Below, one piece after another: positions 47,651-60,306 of a stretch of 64,000 nucleotides of DNA; position 1 is the stretch's first letter, and every line of letters begins with the position of its first letter. The position numbers and the translations under genes are program-made. The stretch comes from Camelus dromedarius (lineage: Eukaryota): assembly GCF_036321535.1 (NCBI RefSeq), contig NC_087436.1, positions 20,834,001 through 20,898,000 of the forward strand, read 5' to 3'. The notes under the pieces were generated by a model that was given only the letters and a program-made list of their open reading frames with translations, did no database searches and had not been told where the DNA came from.

Positions 47651-49639
47651 TAAAAAGAAATTGGACTTTAATAATTCCAGTGTTAGAAAACATATTTTAT
47701 CACTCAAAATTGCCACAGTATAACTTCTGATCAAGAATATAGCCACAGTCAAGGCGATAGCCTAGAAGCTTTGTTTGTACTTTGTTCACCATGGAATCCC
47801 CAGTGACTAACACAGTGCTCAGAACATATTACTTGCTCAGTAAATTATTGTTGAAGAATTAATGAGTGAATTGCCTAAGCTGAAAGAAACCTTCCTGTTT
47901 TATAGCGAGGCAGCATCCGTCCATGTAAAACTACTGATCAACAAGCAGGACCTAAAACAATTAGGAAGCTACGCTAGTTGTCAGAGGCTACAGTATTTCA
48001 AAGGAACATGTGATAATATCTGAGTAAATATTTAATTCTGAAAAGGATAGATGGGCTCACCAATAATTTAGAACTTTGTATCACTGTTTTAATGGGTATC
48101 ATTTCTTTGGTAGGTTAAATGTGAATAAAATCCCTCTGATTTCTATTTCCAGGTCCAAAATTCAGGGCTATTAAACTCATAGGAAGAACAAAAAAAAATC
48201 TACTTTTCACATTTAGATCGTTGTGATTATCCCCAGCAGCTGACTGCTCTGCTGTCTTTGTGACACAGTGTCCTTCAGGCCTCACCAGCAAGCAGAGCCC
48301 TTGGGGGGGTGATTAGAATGTGCTGGGCCTGCCGTGGGGGTTATCACAAGTTCCCTAGCGGACGCCAGGCCTCACTTCCACATTTTACCCTCATCTTGCT
48401 TCAACGTGGAGGGCTCCAATTAACTTCAAAGACCCTTCCATGTGTAGAAAAACTCTGATGAAGTGGAACAGAATCTCACAGTATGTTTGAAGTTTGTAGG
48501 AATGTTAATGAGAAGAGATCATGATTATCATTATGTTAAAAAAGAAAAAAGAAAAAAAAGAAAGTCTCTCACTTTAGTCATATACATAACTTTTCCTTAT
48601 CTGTCACAGACAAATTCACCCAAGATATGCAGGGCCAAACGAACACAGCTCAGTAAGGTATCTTCTAGATTTATTTACAGTGAAAAACACCACATGCTTG
48701 ATAACCGTTCTTTAATTAGGGGAAGAGTTTGTAACTTCCCCCTTTGTTTCATAGTTAAAACACATTTGTTTTCCATTATGAATGAGTTTGTCAAAAAGCA
48801 CTGAACCAGAAATTTAGCTGTAAGCAAATGTGTTTTCACCTTAGCCCAGCACTGTTTGACAAAGTATGTTGCACAGGCAATTGTACCTATTATTTCCAGA
48901 GAGTATGGATAAGTGCCCCTTCCCCTCTAACTTCCCGTAAGGAATGTCTGCCTTCTGTGGAGGGGAGTATAGAAAGGAATATAAGATCTGGGTGAGTCTG
49001 TGAAAACCTGAGAACATTGATACGAAACATACCAAACACATCCTTTAAATAGAAAATAACAGCAGGCAGGATATATATATAGGACACAATGGTTGACCCC
49101 GTATTTTGGTGCTTTTTGAAGCTACAAATAGCTCAGAACATAGACTAAGTTGCAGAGCAGTGTTCTGGTGGCTGGTGACACCAGGGAAGAACGGTCGCAG
49201 TTTAGTCCAGAAAAACCCCTGCAAAGGCTCTTCATTAAGCAGCACATCTCTCATCAGTCCATCTCCTGGAAAGAACACAGCGCAGTCTCCCTGCCTATAC
49301 AAAATTCTAGAAATAATTTTTAAAAAGACTAGTGACTACGTAGTCACATTAAAAAAAAAAAAAAGAGGGAGAGAGAGAGAAATCTTAGACAATGAGAAGC
49401 ACTGAGAAAACCACAGGCCAAGACTCTACCACAGAATGGCTACAGCAAGGGAGATCTGCCCTGAACATGGCAGAAGGAGGGAGCAGAAAGAGGCTGGGAA
49501 GCAATTAACAAAGGATTCGTCGGAGAACAGCAGAGGTATCAGCCGAGCCAATTTGCTCCTAAATGCACGAACATCCCTGTAGACCGGGAAGCTGCAACAG
49601 GAGTATGAAAATGGGTTCAGCATCATTACTCTGTAAAAG

Positions 49640-50382
49640 TAAATTAAAATGGCAAAAGGATAGCAAATTATATCAAGTAATAGCAAGTTTAAAAGACTGA
49701 AAATACTAAATTCTAGTGGATATGCAGACCATCTGGAATGCTTATGTACTGCTGGTGTGGGCGTAAAATGTTAAAACTGCTTTATAAAACTGTTTGCCAG
49801 TTTCTTGAGCAGTAAAACATACATCTATCCTACGACCCAGCATTCGCCTCCTAGTTGTTTATTAAGAAAAATGAAAACATACGCCTACAGACAACCTTCT
49901 AAATAAATTTTCATACCAACTCTATTCATAACTGTCGAAAACTGTATGCCCAGGTGTCTATCCATGGGAGAATCGATAAACAAACTGTGGAATATTCATA
50001 TAATGGAATATTACTTAGTAACAAAAAGGAATAGACTACTCAGTATTCTATGAATATTAAGTCTCAAATACAGAATACTGAGTAAAAGAAGTCAGGCACA
50101 AGAAATATATGTGGGGTATGATTCTGTTTATGATATGTTCTAAAACAGGTCAAATAGAAAATAATCAATGATAATATGAAGAAGAAGAAAGAAAGAACAA
50201 TGTTCGCCTCTGCAAGGAAGACTGACTGAGAGGGGCACGATGCAACTTTCTGGGGCGATAGAAATGTTTTATATCTTGATAGGATATAGGCTTCCTTGTA
50301 TGTATCAAATTTGATCCAACTATTTACTTAAGATCTGTACGCTTCACTGTAAGTAAATTATATCTTACTTAAAAAAAATAAA
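49640..50382 (+). mobile_element. Old L1 (L1MC/ME-like) 3' end
   Basis: 'actgctggtgtgggcgtaaaatg', 'aaactgtggaatattcatataatggaata', 'gatagaaatgttttatatcttgat'. Confidence 0.8.
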
Positions 50383-52029
50383 GGCTTGATAAATAACTTA
50401 AAATGATTCCGATCTTTTTAAAAAGGTCATTAGTGTCCTTAGGCAGAATAGTGTCTGGAATACATTAACAAAGTATTGTTTACTGCTATACTGTGGCTTC
50501 AGTGAAAGCTGAGAATACAAAGAGCTCTGAGATCATAGGATGAGTATTGCTAAAATGCTGATGGGCAGAAGTGCAGATAAGGAGATTCTTTGGAATAAGG
50601 TCTTGCCAACTCTGTCAAAGAGCAGCATGGAGTGGAAATGGAAGAAGGTAAATTTCCTCCCAAATAAACTTAGCTTGATGGAGAATTTTGTCTTGGAAGA
50701 GCCCCATGACAGTCTCCATCCTATCAGTTTTTGTACTCTCAGCCTCAAAAACATTCATCTTACATGTCTCGAGAAAGTCTGCTTTTTTCAAAGCCTAGCT
50801 TCCATGAACAACAGGACTTCTCTAGAAAAATAGGGTCTTGACTAACACTGAGGATTTCAAGGACAACCCACCTTAACAGCGATCCTGTAATATGGTCAGG
50901 CTCTCTTGGTAGGCAACTAGAGTAAGAACTCAGGTATTTCAAGTCTTGGTTCATTCAATTGTCCCCCAAGCAGTCATGTGCCAGACATTGTGTTAGATGT
51001 TCAGGATGTTGCTATACATGGTATCTAGGAACATGGGATTTAGAACAAGGAGGCTAGGGTAACTGGTTTACAAGCTGTGAACATGGGACTGGTAATCTCT
51101 ATAGGCCTAGAGAATGGAGGTAGGGCCTCAAGGAATGAGATAAAATATATACATTGAAATGAATCCCAGGAGATTATGAAAGAACAAGCTTTTCCTTCTC
51201 CTATTTTTTTCCTTTCTTCTCTTATCAGTTTCCATATCCTACCACCACCCCAAGTCAACACCATCCATCACTGCACCTTCTACAGACAACTCATGCTTCT
51301 TTGTGATAAGAGTTGGGATTGGAGCTCTGATGCAGCTGTGGGGTGGAGAGTCAGGTTAGGTATTCTGATGGGGAAAGAGGAGTGATTAGGGGCAAGATTT
51401 ACAAGCTGAGATACAGGATAAGGGGAAGAAATGATAATAGGTAGTGGCTGAGATGTCTCCTTTCCTCCCCTCTCCTCTCGTATTGTTACTGCCCGTATTT
51501 CCAATATTTCCCCCAAGAGTTCAGAGTAAGGCACAACAGGGACTGGACAAAAACGAGCAGTAGTATGAGCCCAGGGCAGAAACTTGAGTTATATTAGTGC
51601 AGCCAATCCTGGCCATGGGCCTATTTCAGAGGCAGAGCGGGCAGTGATCAACAGAGTTGGTGGCAAGATTGACAGGTCAGAGGAAGAGGAGGTTTGAGAG
51701 GAAGGAGTGGCAAGTAGAGATGAAGTATCACAGATGTCACCACTGGGACACTATGGGGAAAGTGAGCCCTTAGCTGGGATATGTACCTGGCAATACCTGT
51801 ATGTGTGTGCGATGTATGTACAAGGTGATTCTAACATAGTACTCATAGTTCAGGGTATTCTTGTGTGGGCAAGCAGCAATACATGTTTCAAATATTTTCA
51901 TTTTTCTCTTTTTATACACAACAGAACAGCTCTCAGACACTGATTGGCATTAGGTCACATGGCTTGGACATGGCTTGGTATCTTTCAAAATGAGTCTATT
52001 TCTTTTGGGCTTAAGACTAAGCCAATTTT

Positions 52030-53481
52030 TTTTTTTTGAGTTACAGTCAGTTTACAATGCTATGTCAATTTACAGTGTAGAGCACAATTTTTCAGTTATA
52101 CATGAACATACATATATTCATTGTCGCATTCTCTTTCACTGTGAGCTACCACAAGATCTTGTATATATTTCCCTGTGCTATACAGTATAATGTTATTTAT
52201 CTATTCTACATATGCCTGTCAGTATCTACAAATTTCAAACTCCCAGTCTGTCCCTTATGACCTTCCTCCCCTCTGGCAACCACAAGTTTGTATTCTATGT
52301 CTATGAGTCTGTTTCTGTTTTGTATTTATGTTCTTTTTTTTTTTTTTAAGATTCCACATATAAGCGATCTCATATGGTATTTTTCTTTCTCTTTCTGGCT
52401 TATTTCACATAGAATGACATTCTCCAGGAACATCCATGTTGCTGCAATGGTGTTATGGCCTTGTCATTTTTTATGGCTGAATAGTATTCCATTGTATAAA
52501 TATACCACCTCTTCTTTATCCAGACATCTGTTGATGGATATTTAGGCTGTTTCCATGTCTTGGCTATTGTAAATAGTGCTGCTATGAACATTGGGGTGCA
52601 GGTGTCTTTCTGAAGTAGGATTCCTTCTGGATAAATGCCCAGGAGTGGGATTACTGGGTCATATGGTAAGTCTATTCCTAGTCTTTCGAGGAATCTCCAT
52701 ACTGTTTTCCACAGTGGCTGCACCAAACTGCATTCCCACCAGCAGTGTAAGAGGGCTCCCTTTTCTCCACAGCCTCTCCAGCATTTGCCATTTGGGGACT
52801 TTTGAATGATGGCCATTCTGACTGGTGTGAGGTGATATCTCATTGTAGGTTTGACTTGCATTTCTCTGATAATTAGTGATAGTGAGCATTTTTTCATGTG
52901 CCTATTGATCATTTGTATGTCTTCCTTGGAGAATTGCTTGTTTAGGTCTTCTGCCCATTTTTGGATTGGGTTGTTTGTTTTTTCTTATTAAGTCTTATGA
53001 GCTGCTCACATATTCTGGAGATCAAGCCTTTGTCAGTTTCCCCTTTTGCAAAAGTTTTCTCCCATTCTGTAGGTTGTTGTTTTGTCTTACTTATGGTTTC
53101 CTTTGCTGTGCAGAAGCTTGTAAGTTTAATTAGGTCCCATTTGTTTATTCTTGCTTTTATCTCTGTTCCTTGGGTAGACTGTCCTAGGAGAACATTTTTG
53201 AGATGTATGTCAGATAATGGTTTGCCTGTATTTTCTTCTAGGAAGTTTATTGTATTTGTCTTATGTTTAAGTCTTTGATCCATTTTGAGTTTATTTTTGT
53301 GTATGGTGTAAGGGGGTGTTCCACCTTCATTGTTTTACATGCTGCTGTCCAGTTTTCCCAACACCATTTGCTGAAGAGACTGTCTTTATTCCATTGTATA
53401 TTCTTGCCTCCTTTGTTGAAGATTAGTTGACCAAAAGTTTGTGGGTTCATTTCTGGGTTCTCTATTCTGTTCCATTGGTCC
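52030..53481 (-). mobile_element. Young 5'-truncated L1 with frameshifted ORF2 C-terminus and 3'UTR
   Basis: ORFs 53247-53489, 52942-53283 and 52400-52912 encode consecutive ORF2p pieces ([34 protein letters not shown]). Poly-T tail. 17-bp TSD aagactaagccaatttt (52013-52029) / aagaccaagccaatttt (53482-53498) followed by AA, matching the TTTT/AA endonuclease site. Confidence 0.95.
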
Positions 53482-54009
53482 AAGACCAAGCCAATTTTAA
53501 TGGTTGAGGTTTTACAGTCAGTAGAGTTTTACCTAAATTTATTTGCAAATAAATTTTAATTTAATGAAAATCTAACTTCTAAGTGTTTTTAAACTTGGGA
53601 AATAATTCTCTTTCTCCCTCTCTCTAACTCCTCCTGTTTTTAATTTTCAACTGTCTGTAAATAATAATTACATGTATGTGTGTCGTGGACAACAGAGATA
53701 ATGACCAATATTTTTTAACTCTATAGGAAAAATTTTAGACTTGTAGAGTCAGTTTTTAATAATTCTGTTTTTAACTTACATTATGTACATATCTGTATAC
53801 TATCATGATCAGCATTTGCACCTACCACCATATTGTGAGTTTCCTGAGGGCAGGAACTATGCTTTATTCATCTTTCTGTGCCCAGGGCCTCACTCATTCT
53901 TGAGTGGTGTCCTGAGATGAACAATGCAAGACTTGCAATGAAAGATATACACAAAAATATTATAGAAGAAAAGAACTGTATCTACAGACAAGAGGGAAAT
54001 AATGATTAG

Positions 54010-54700
54010 AATAACAATGAGATACCACTATATACTTACTAGAGTGGCTAAAATAAAGAATACTGGCAATACCTAGAGCTGCCATGGGGAGTATGGAACT
54101 CTCATACACTGCTGGTGAAAATGCAAAATGGTACTGTTATTCTGGTAAACAATTTGGCAGTTTCTTATAAATTCAAACATATGCTTCCAATGTGATCTAG
54201 CAATCCTATTCCCATGTACTTACCTAAAAGAAATGAAAACTTGTATGCAAACAAAGATCTACACACAAATGTTCATAGCAACTCTATTCATAACGGCTAA
54301 AATGTGGAACTGATCAAAATGTCCTTCATGGATAAACAGTGTTATGTCCAAAATGGAATACTATCCAGCAGTGAAAAACAAATCACTGACCCCCTTCAAA
54401 AACCTGGATGAAAGAGCCCATCTCAAAAGAGTACATAATGCATTATTCCATTTATATGACATTTTCAAAAAGACAAAACTATATGACAAAGAATAGATCA
54501 ATGGTGCCTGGCGTTGGGTGGGGAGGAGGGTGTGACTACAAAGGTGGAGCATGAGGCAGATTTTGAGGTGATGGAACTGCTCTGTGTCCTGATGATGCTG
54601 TTGATTACACAAATTTGTACATGTGTTAAAATTCATAGATCTCTACATTGAAAATAAAGGTCAATTTTACTGCATGTTGATTTTAAAATAATATTAAACC
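54010..54700 (+). mobile_element. Old L1 (L1MC/ME-like) 3' end
   Basis: 'aatgagataccactat', 'ctcatacactgctggtg', 'aatgttcatagcaactctattcataa', 'ttccatttatatgacatt'. Confidence 0.85.
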
Positions 54701-55919
54701 AACAAAAATAAAATTTAAAAGACTAAGAAAATGTAAAGTGTTTATAACTAGCAGTGGAAGTATAAACTAAACACCTCCAAACTTCAACCCCTGGAGAACT
54801 GCTTTCTATGGGAAGATTACTAATCTTCATATTGTATCTCTTGCACTCACAACAAACCCAGAAATGTCCTCTGATGTGTAATTTTAAAGTTTCCTCTGGA
54901 TCTGTATGTTAGTCTCTGTGAGCAGATGGCTCAGTAGTGAGCACCATTTCTTATATGCTTCCAATGGTGATCAGCCTCCTGATGAAGGCTAACCAAAGAC
55001 GGGACTGGCATTATCCCACATGTCATTTTCATTGTGGTTGGTCATCTTGTGCAGATCATAGTGCTTACAGGATTTTTTTTCTTTCTTACTATGGATCTAG
55101 AATCTAGACTGTAATGTCTGCATGAATTAACATGTTTATCTTGGTGAGCCAGGTGTGGGCTTGAGCCTGCATGGTGTTTGTGGTGTGTATGCATGCACTG
55201 ACTAACTAGACACAGTCATCACTCTGCACCTAAAACTGCTTTGGGACATTTTAAAGGAGCCAAGACCTGAAGTGTCAAAGCTGACGTTGCACATTCTGTC
55301 TCACTGTAGGAAGAGTCCCCCTCACCCACACCCTCCTGATGAGGCTAAGTTGTGCTCCAATTTCAGAAACTAAGAATGTTCTTCCAGGGACACTATGTCT
55401 TCAGGAGTGCTAGATAAAGGGGGAGGAGTGAACCATCAGGCAACAAAATCCCTGTGGGAGAGATGTGGATGTTCCCTGCAAGAGTTCTGGGACATTCTGA
55501 GGAAGTCTGAAAAAGGACAGGGGCTAGGAACTGGGGTCCGTCTACAATGGTACCCTTGAGAGAGGGTTAATTTTGATGGGTGTTCTTTTCTCTCGGGAAA
55601 GAGTTACTGGGCATCTTATAAACCACATGGCTTTGTTTTTCCATCCTGTGTATTAGCTTCCCTCAGCAGACCCAAGCCCTTCATTGAAGTCTGAGACCCC
55701 TTCTACATTAGTGTTGTGTGAACAGGGAGTGGGCAGTAAGGGGAACATATAGACAGCTCCACACCTACCCTTGCATGGATGCCATTAAGAGAAAGAGTGC
55801 AGGATGGCCGAGAGGTTCATGGATACAAGGTGAGCAGAGCCAGAACTATAGACAGCTGTCTGTGGCTGCCTCCAAGAGCTGCCTGGAGACACACACTCTC
55901 ACTCCTAAAATATACCAAG

Positions 55920-56087
55920 CAGCATTTCTCAAGGGGCTGTCTACAGACTTGGGGATTTATATTTTAACTACAGATTCCTAGGCCCTACTTCAGATACACT
56001 GAATCGGAACATCTCAGGGTGGAACCCAGAAATCTGCACTTCAAAAATAGAGCTCTTAGGCAATTGTCATGCCGCAGAAGTTTTGAG
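55920..56087. mobile_element. MER5A-like MITE
   Basis: 'cagattcctaggccctac...actgaatcggaac...aatctgcactt...aagttttgaga'. Confidence 0.65.
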
Positions 56088-57199
56088 ATTTTATCCTCAA
56101 GGTGACTTTTGAAAAGTCAGTGGGTACGCTGACTCTTGGCCATCTCTCCCTCCTTCTCCTCTTCCTCTTTTTCCTCCTTTCTTCCCCCACCTCCTCATTA
56201 TTATCATGATTATTACCACCATCGTTAACTTCACTGGAAAAATGAGAAGGGTGGGGCTTTTTCTACAGCAGGCTAATTTACTTACGAGTTAAAGATTTTA
56301 AAAGAACTATGACAGTGATAAAGCCCAGGACCCTCCCTCTATCCTAATTAGGGATGAAAAATTACTGTGTTGCACGCCCCTCCGAAAGAGAACCCCATCT
56401 CTAACATTAGAGATGCTGCCACCGCGGAAGAATCACTTGCAGCCGAAGTCCGGAGGAAAGCTCTCCCCTGGGGAAGAAGGTGCATATTGGTTGTGTGAGT
56501 CCAATAAATACATCCTGTCAGCAAGAAAAGCAGTAAGAATGCAGTTCACAAGCATTTTTATGTGCAGACGTTTTCAAAAATTAAGTTTCATGCCTCAAGT
56601 ACATTGTTACACTACATGAATATTTCATAATCTGGAACATTTCCCAAATATTTTGGATTGGTATTACCACTTTTTTTTTTTTTAACATTGTAAAACCCTT
56701 CTTCACTCTTCTGAGTGACTCAGTATATAAACTTCAATCACATTCAGGGTAGTTTTACTACATTTTTTTAATAGGATGTTTTATGCTTTTAAAAAATGTA
56801 CCCTTGGTCTTGACCAGAAAAATTAATAAAAATATGAAACAGTTGAACTCAGGCAGGAAGGAAAAGTGTATCTCTTTGAAATTCTTCATTACTCTAATAT
56901 GTTGTATTTGTAAGAATATGAATCATCCATTGTGTTCAGTTCTCTTAGAAATCTAATGTGTTAGAGAAAGCTTTTCAAGATCACTTTGGAAGAAATTCTT
57001 TTTATTTTAAAATAATATCCTCATTATGTTTAAAGCCTGTTGGGTTAGAGACTATTAGTTTAGAGACATTTGTTTTACTTTAAAATTGCATCTTTATGTT
57101 AACTTTGAGACATGTATTGACTACCTCTTACTACTACTCCTTAAAAAAATACTCAGTGATGATGTTTTTCAGACAATTTAAAAAAAAAAAAACCTGCGT

Positions 57200-57410
57200 A
57201 TATCAAAAGCCAGGCACTGAACATAAAATAACTCTTCTCATGACATCCTAACATTCTATGAATTCCCATTTTACAGATTGAAATACTGATGTTCAAAGCC
57301 AGTATTTGAAGTTAAACAACCCACTCGAGCTCTCATAACCAGTGCAGATGGATCTCAAGCTCAGATATGCATGACCCCAAATCCTTTACTCTTCCCAATG
57401 CACCAGTGAC
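57200..57410 (-). mobile_element. MIR SINE
   Basis: 'gccaggcactg...cccattttacagattgaaatactga'. Confidence 0.55.
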
Positions 57411-57910
57411 TTCTCAACTAAATAGGCTGTTCTACTGCAAATTTGCTTATATGCATCATTTTGAAACAAATTTCAAAAGTTTTAAAATAATTTGTTTTAA
57501 TTTATAAGCATTACTTGATCACTATAAATGAATAAATGATGGAAATGCCACTTACTGCATTTTATGAATACCACTCTGGAGGACTGACAAATAAAAAAAT
57601 ACAAGTGGTCTCTTCTTTATCCTTTCTTAAGTTCTTTTTTAAAATGTCCTCTAATTTTTATAATATTTTCCATTTTTTGAAATATAAGAATGTAATTTTA
57701 ACAGTTTATAAATGATTTCAGCATTAAAATTATCCCTAAAAGCAGAACTAATTTGTAAGCATATGACCTGTCTGAACATTAATTACCCTCACTCTGACTT
57801 TCTGACCTTTTGAAATTGTTTTATTGGTAATTATTGCAATGCTACTTCTAGTAACAAAAATATTGGATCTGGGGTCCATTTATTTTAACATGATTTTATC
57901 ATGTATATAC

Positions 57911-57995
57911 GTTTTTTAAATGGAGGTACTGGGGATTGAACCCAGGACTTCGTACATGCTAAGCATGCACTTTACCGTTGAGCTATATACACCCC
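57911..57995 (-). mobile_element. tRNA-Ala(AGC)-derived SINE (camelid Vic-1-like)
   Basis: Reverse complement reads ggggtgtatatagctcaacggta...cttAGCatg...gggttcaatcccc...ctcca plus an A tail. B box intact. TSD tatcatgtat (57897-57906) / tatcatgtgt (57996-58005). Confidence 0.85.
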
Positions 57996-60266
57996 TATCA
58001 TGTGTTTTTAAATTATACTATTATTTTCGGACAATAAAGCACACACAACGTGACTTTCACAGTGGATCCCTCCCTCTGTCAGGGACCTTATGATTGACCT
58101 TTAGGAAGGAGGTCCACCTGGCTGTAACTCTTGGGTCTCAGGCTTGGAGACAGTGCAGATCCTCTCCCTACTTAATTCCTCTCCTCCTCAGCTTTCCTAC
58201 TGTGTGAGCATCAAGGCAACACAGAGAAGAGCTGTAACTTGACACTTCAGAGTATCTATTCACTGCCTGAAGCCCTTTCTAGCTCTAAAAAACTTCATTG
58301 TTTCAATTTTATTTATAAATTTCTAACCATGTTTATGTATTTTTAAAATATTAAGGTTAAATAACTAAAAGGCAGCTACACAGCAAGTGAGTCAGGGAGT
58401 TGGGATTTTAACCCAAGTTTGTCCAACTACAAAGCCTGTTCATTTTGATGAGCTTCTCTGCTTTTGTGATTATTTACAGCCCTGGTTTTCTATGATTTTA
58501 TGAAGTTCAGGACATATTTTGAATTTGTCCTTTTTATCTAATAAATTCCTGACATCAGCTCATTGTCTTTGATTTGTCTCTTTCTCTGAAATGCCAAGTG
58601 ATGAAAAATAGTCAAGTAAAGGTTCCAGACTCACTCTTTTTTAAGCATAAAGAATAACATAATTCGCATGAGCTGAGGATAGAGAGTGGGAAAAGGTAGA
58701 AATATTAAAATTTGTTTAAAGCACCAACTGCTTTTATTTTAACCCAGCAATGTTGGGTTTTAAATCATGGTACAGCTCTTTGGTCCATTTAGGCTTTTCT
58801 TGGTTAGTTTTTTTATTATTATTTTATTTTTTTTACAAAAAAATCAAATTGATAAGTTCTGCCCAGAGGTAGGCTTTTGCCATAAGATTATTAAAAAATA
58901 ATTTTTAAAAAATTTTAACTGGTTTTGTGTCTGTTTAGTTCCTTAGATTCTAAAGTTGAAGAGCTGTAAAAGCAAAATGATTTATTTCCACATGGAGGAT
59001 GAATGCTTGCAACAGAAAAAACAATGTATCCCATTGAGAGATGTAACACAGGAGAGAGAGGTTATGGGGACAGCTCCGACTGAGCTGACACACTGGTGAC
59101 AAGATGGTAATCAACTTCAAAATGGTGTCAGTAAACCACCTTTCTTCTGGCTGAGGCGGTCACATCCCAAACAGTATGTCTCAATAGATCTATGAATGTC
59201 ATCAGTTTCATAATTTTTTTTGAACACTGTCTTCTGGGGTTCATTTCGCTTATACTATCTGTGTTTATGTCTCATTAGGTCACACAGGAAATCTGCTACT
59301 TGTTTATACTGCTGTGCCTTGGGAAAAGACGGAGACAACATCTTTTCTAAAACAATTTCACATTTTTTCTGTCTCTTATAACTCCCTAAAAATTATCTTT
59401 GTAAAGATTTTTCAAAGTTCTGTCACTTCAAAAGAATAGTCATTAACCAATTTGAAACTCTTTTTGAAAAATCCAATTGAAAGAACCAAAGCCATATTGG
59501 AGAGAGTTTCACTTAATTTTATAATAATTTTGGAAAATATTTTCATTCTACATTTTTTTTCAGGCTTGAACTACAGCAGAATTCCAACAGAAATAAAGTA
59601 AAATCAAGGACCAGAAATTTTTCTGATTCATTAGATACTTTTTAAAGCATCCTTCATCTAAGACACTGCCCTCTCTTTCTGTAATACAGATGTCTCTTTT
59701 TTCCTAATAACTTCCTGTTATCTTCCCAGTTCATTGTACTTGGCTCCAGTCATTTTAGCCTATCACCAAACCTAATAAACAGCCATATTCGGCACGCGTA
59801 TTCATGTTTCTCTGTGTTTATGCATTGACATCCTTTTTGCACTTTTTCTTTGTGTCTGCATTTGTCCTCTTTTCATGTGTTTTATACTCTGTGAAGAGAG
59901 GGACTTTGTCTTTCCTTCACCTTAAAAACTTCAGCTTAGACTTGTCTGTATTCGCTACATTCTTTACTGATTGATTTAAAATGAGAGAAAAAAAAAAAAA
60001 AACTCCAAAAACAAAAAACCCAAAAAACTCCGTATTCTTCAACTAGCAGAAGTCCAGCAAGGAAAAGGCCACCCCACTTACCACTAGCGACTTTACTATC
60101 ACCTTTAATCACTTGATCACATCTTTATTTTTTTCTTGCTAGGTTAATGTTGGGGTAGTCTTCCAAGCAAGAAAGTCATAGTAACTATTACAGGTACAAG
60201 CCATTTAAAGAAAATTTAAATTAAAAGACAGAATTACATTTAGATCTCATTTAAGAATTCTAATTT

Positions 60267-60306
60267 CACATACACACGCATGCACATGCGCATGCGCACA
60301 CACGCA
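60267..60306. repeat. 40-bp alternating purine-pyrimidine tract containing TGCGCATGCGCA
   Basis: cacatacacacgcatgcacatgcgcatgcgcacacacgca, with the NRF1-type palindrome at 60287-60298. Confidence 0.85.

Noticed and set aside
49332..49347. 16-bp perfect palindrome GTGACTACGTAGTCAC
   Set aside because: About one 8-bp-arm palindrome is expected by chance in 64 kb.
52400..53489. Protein-coding gene from three consecutive ORFs
   Set aside because: They are frameshifted fragments of L1 ORF2 in a 5'-truncated insertion.
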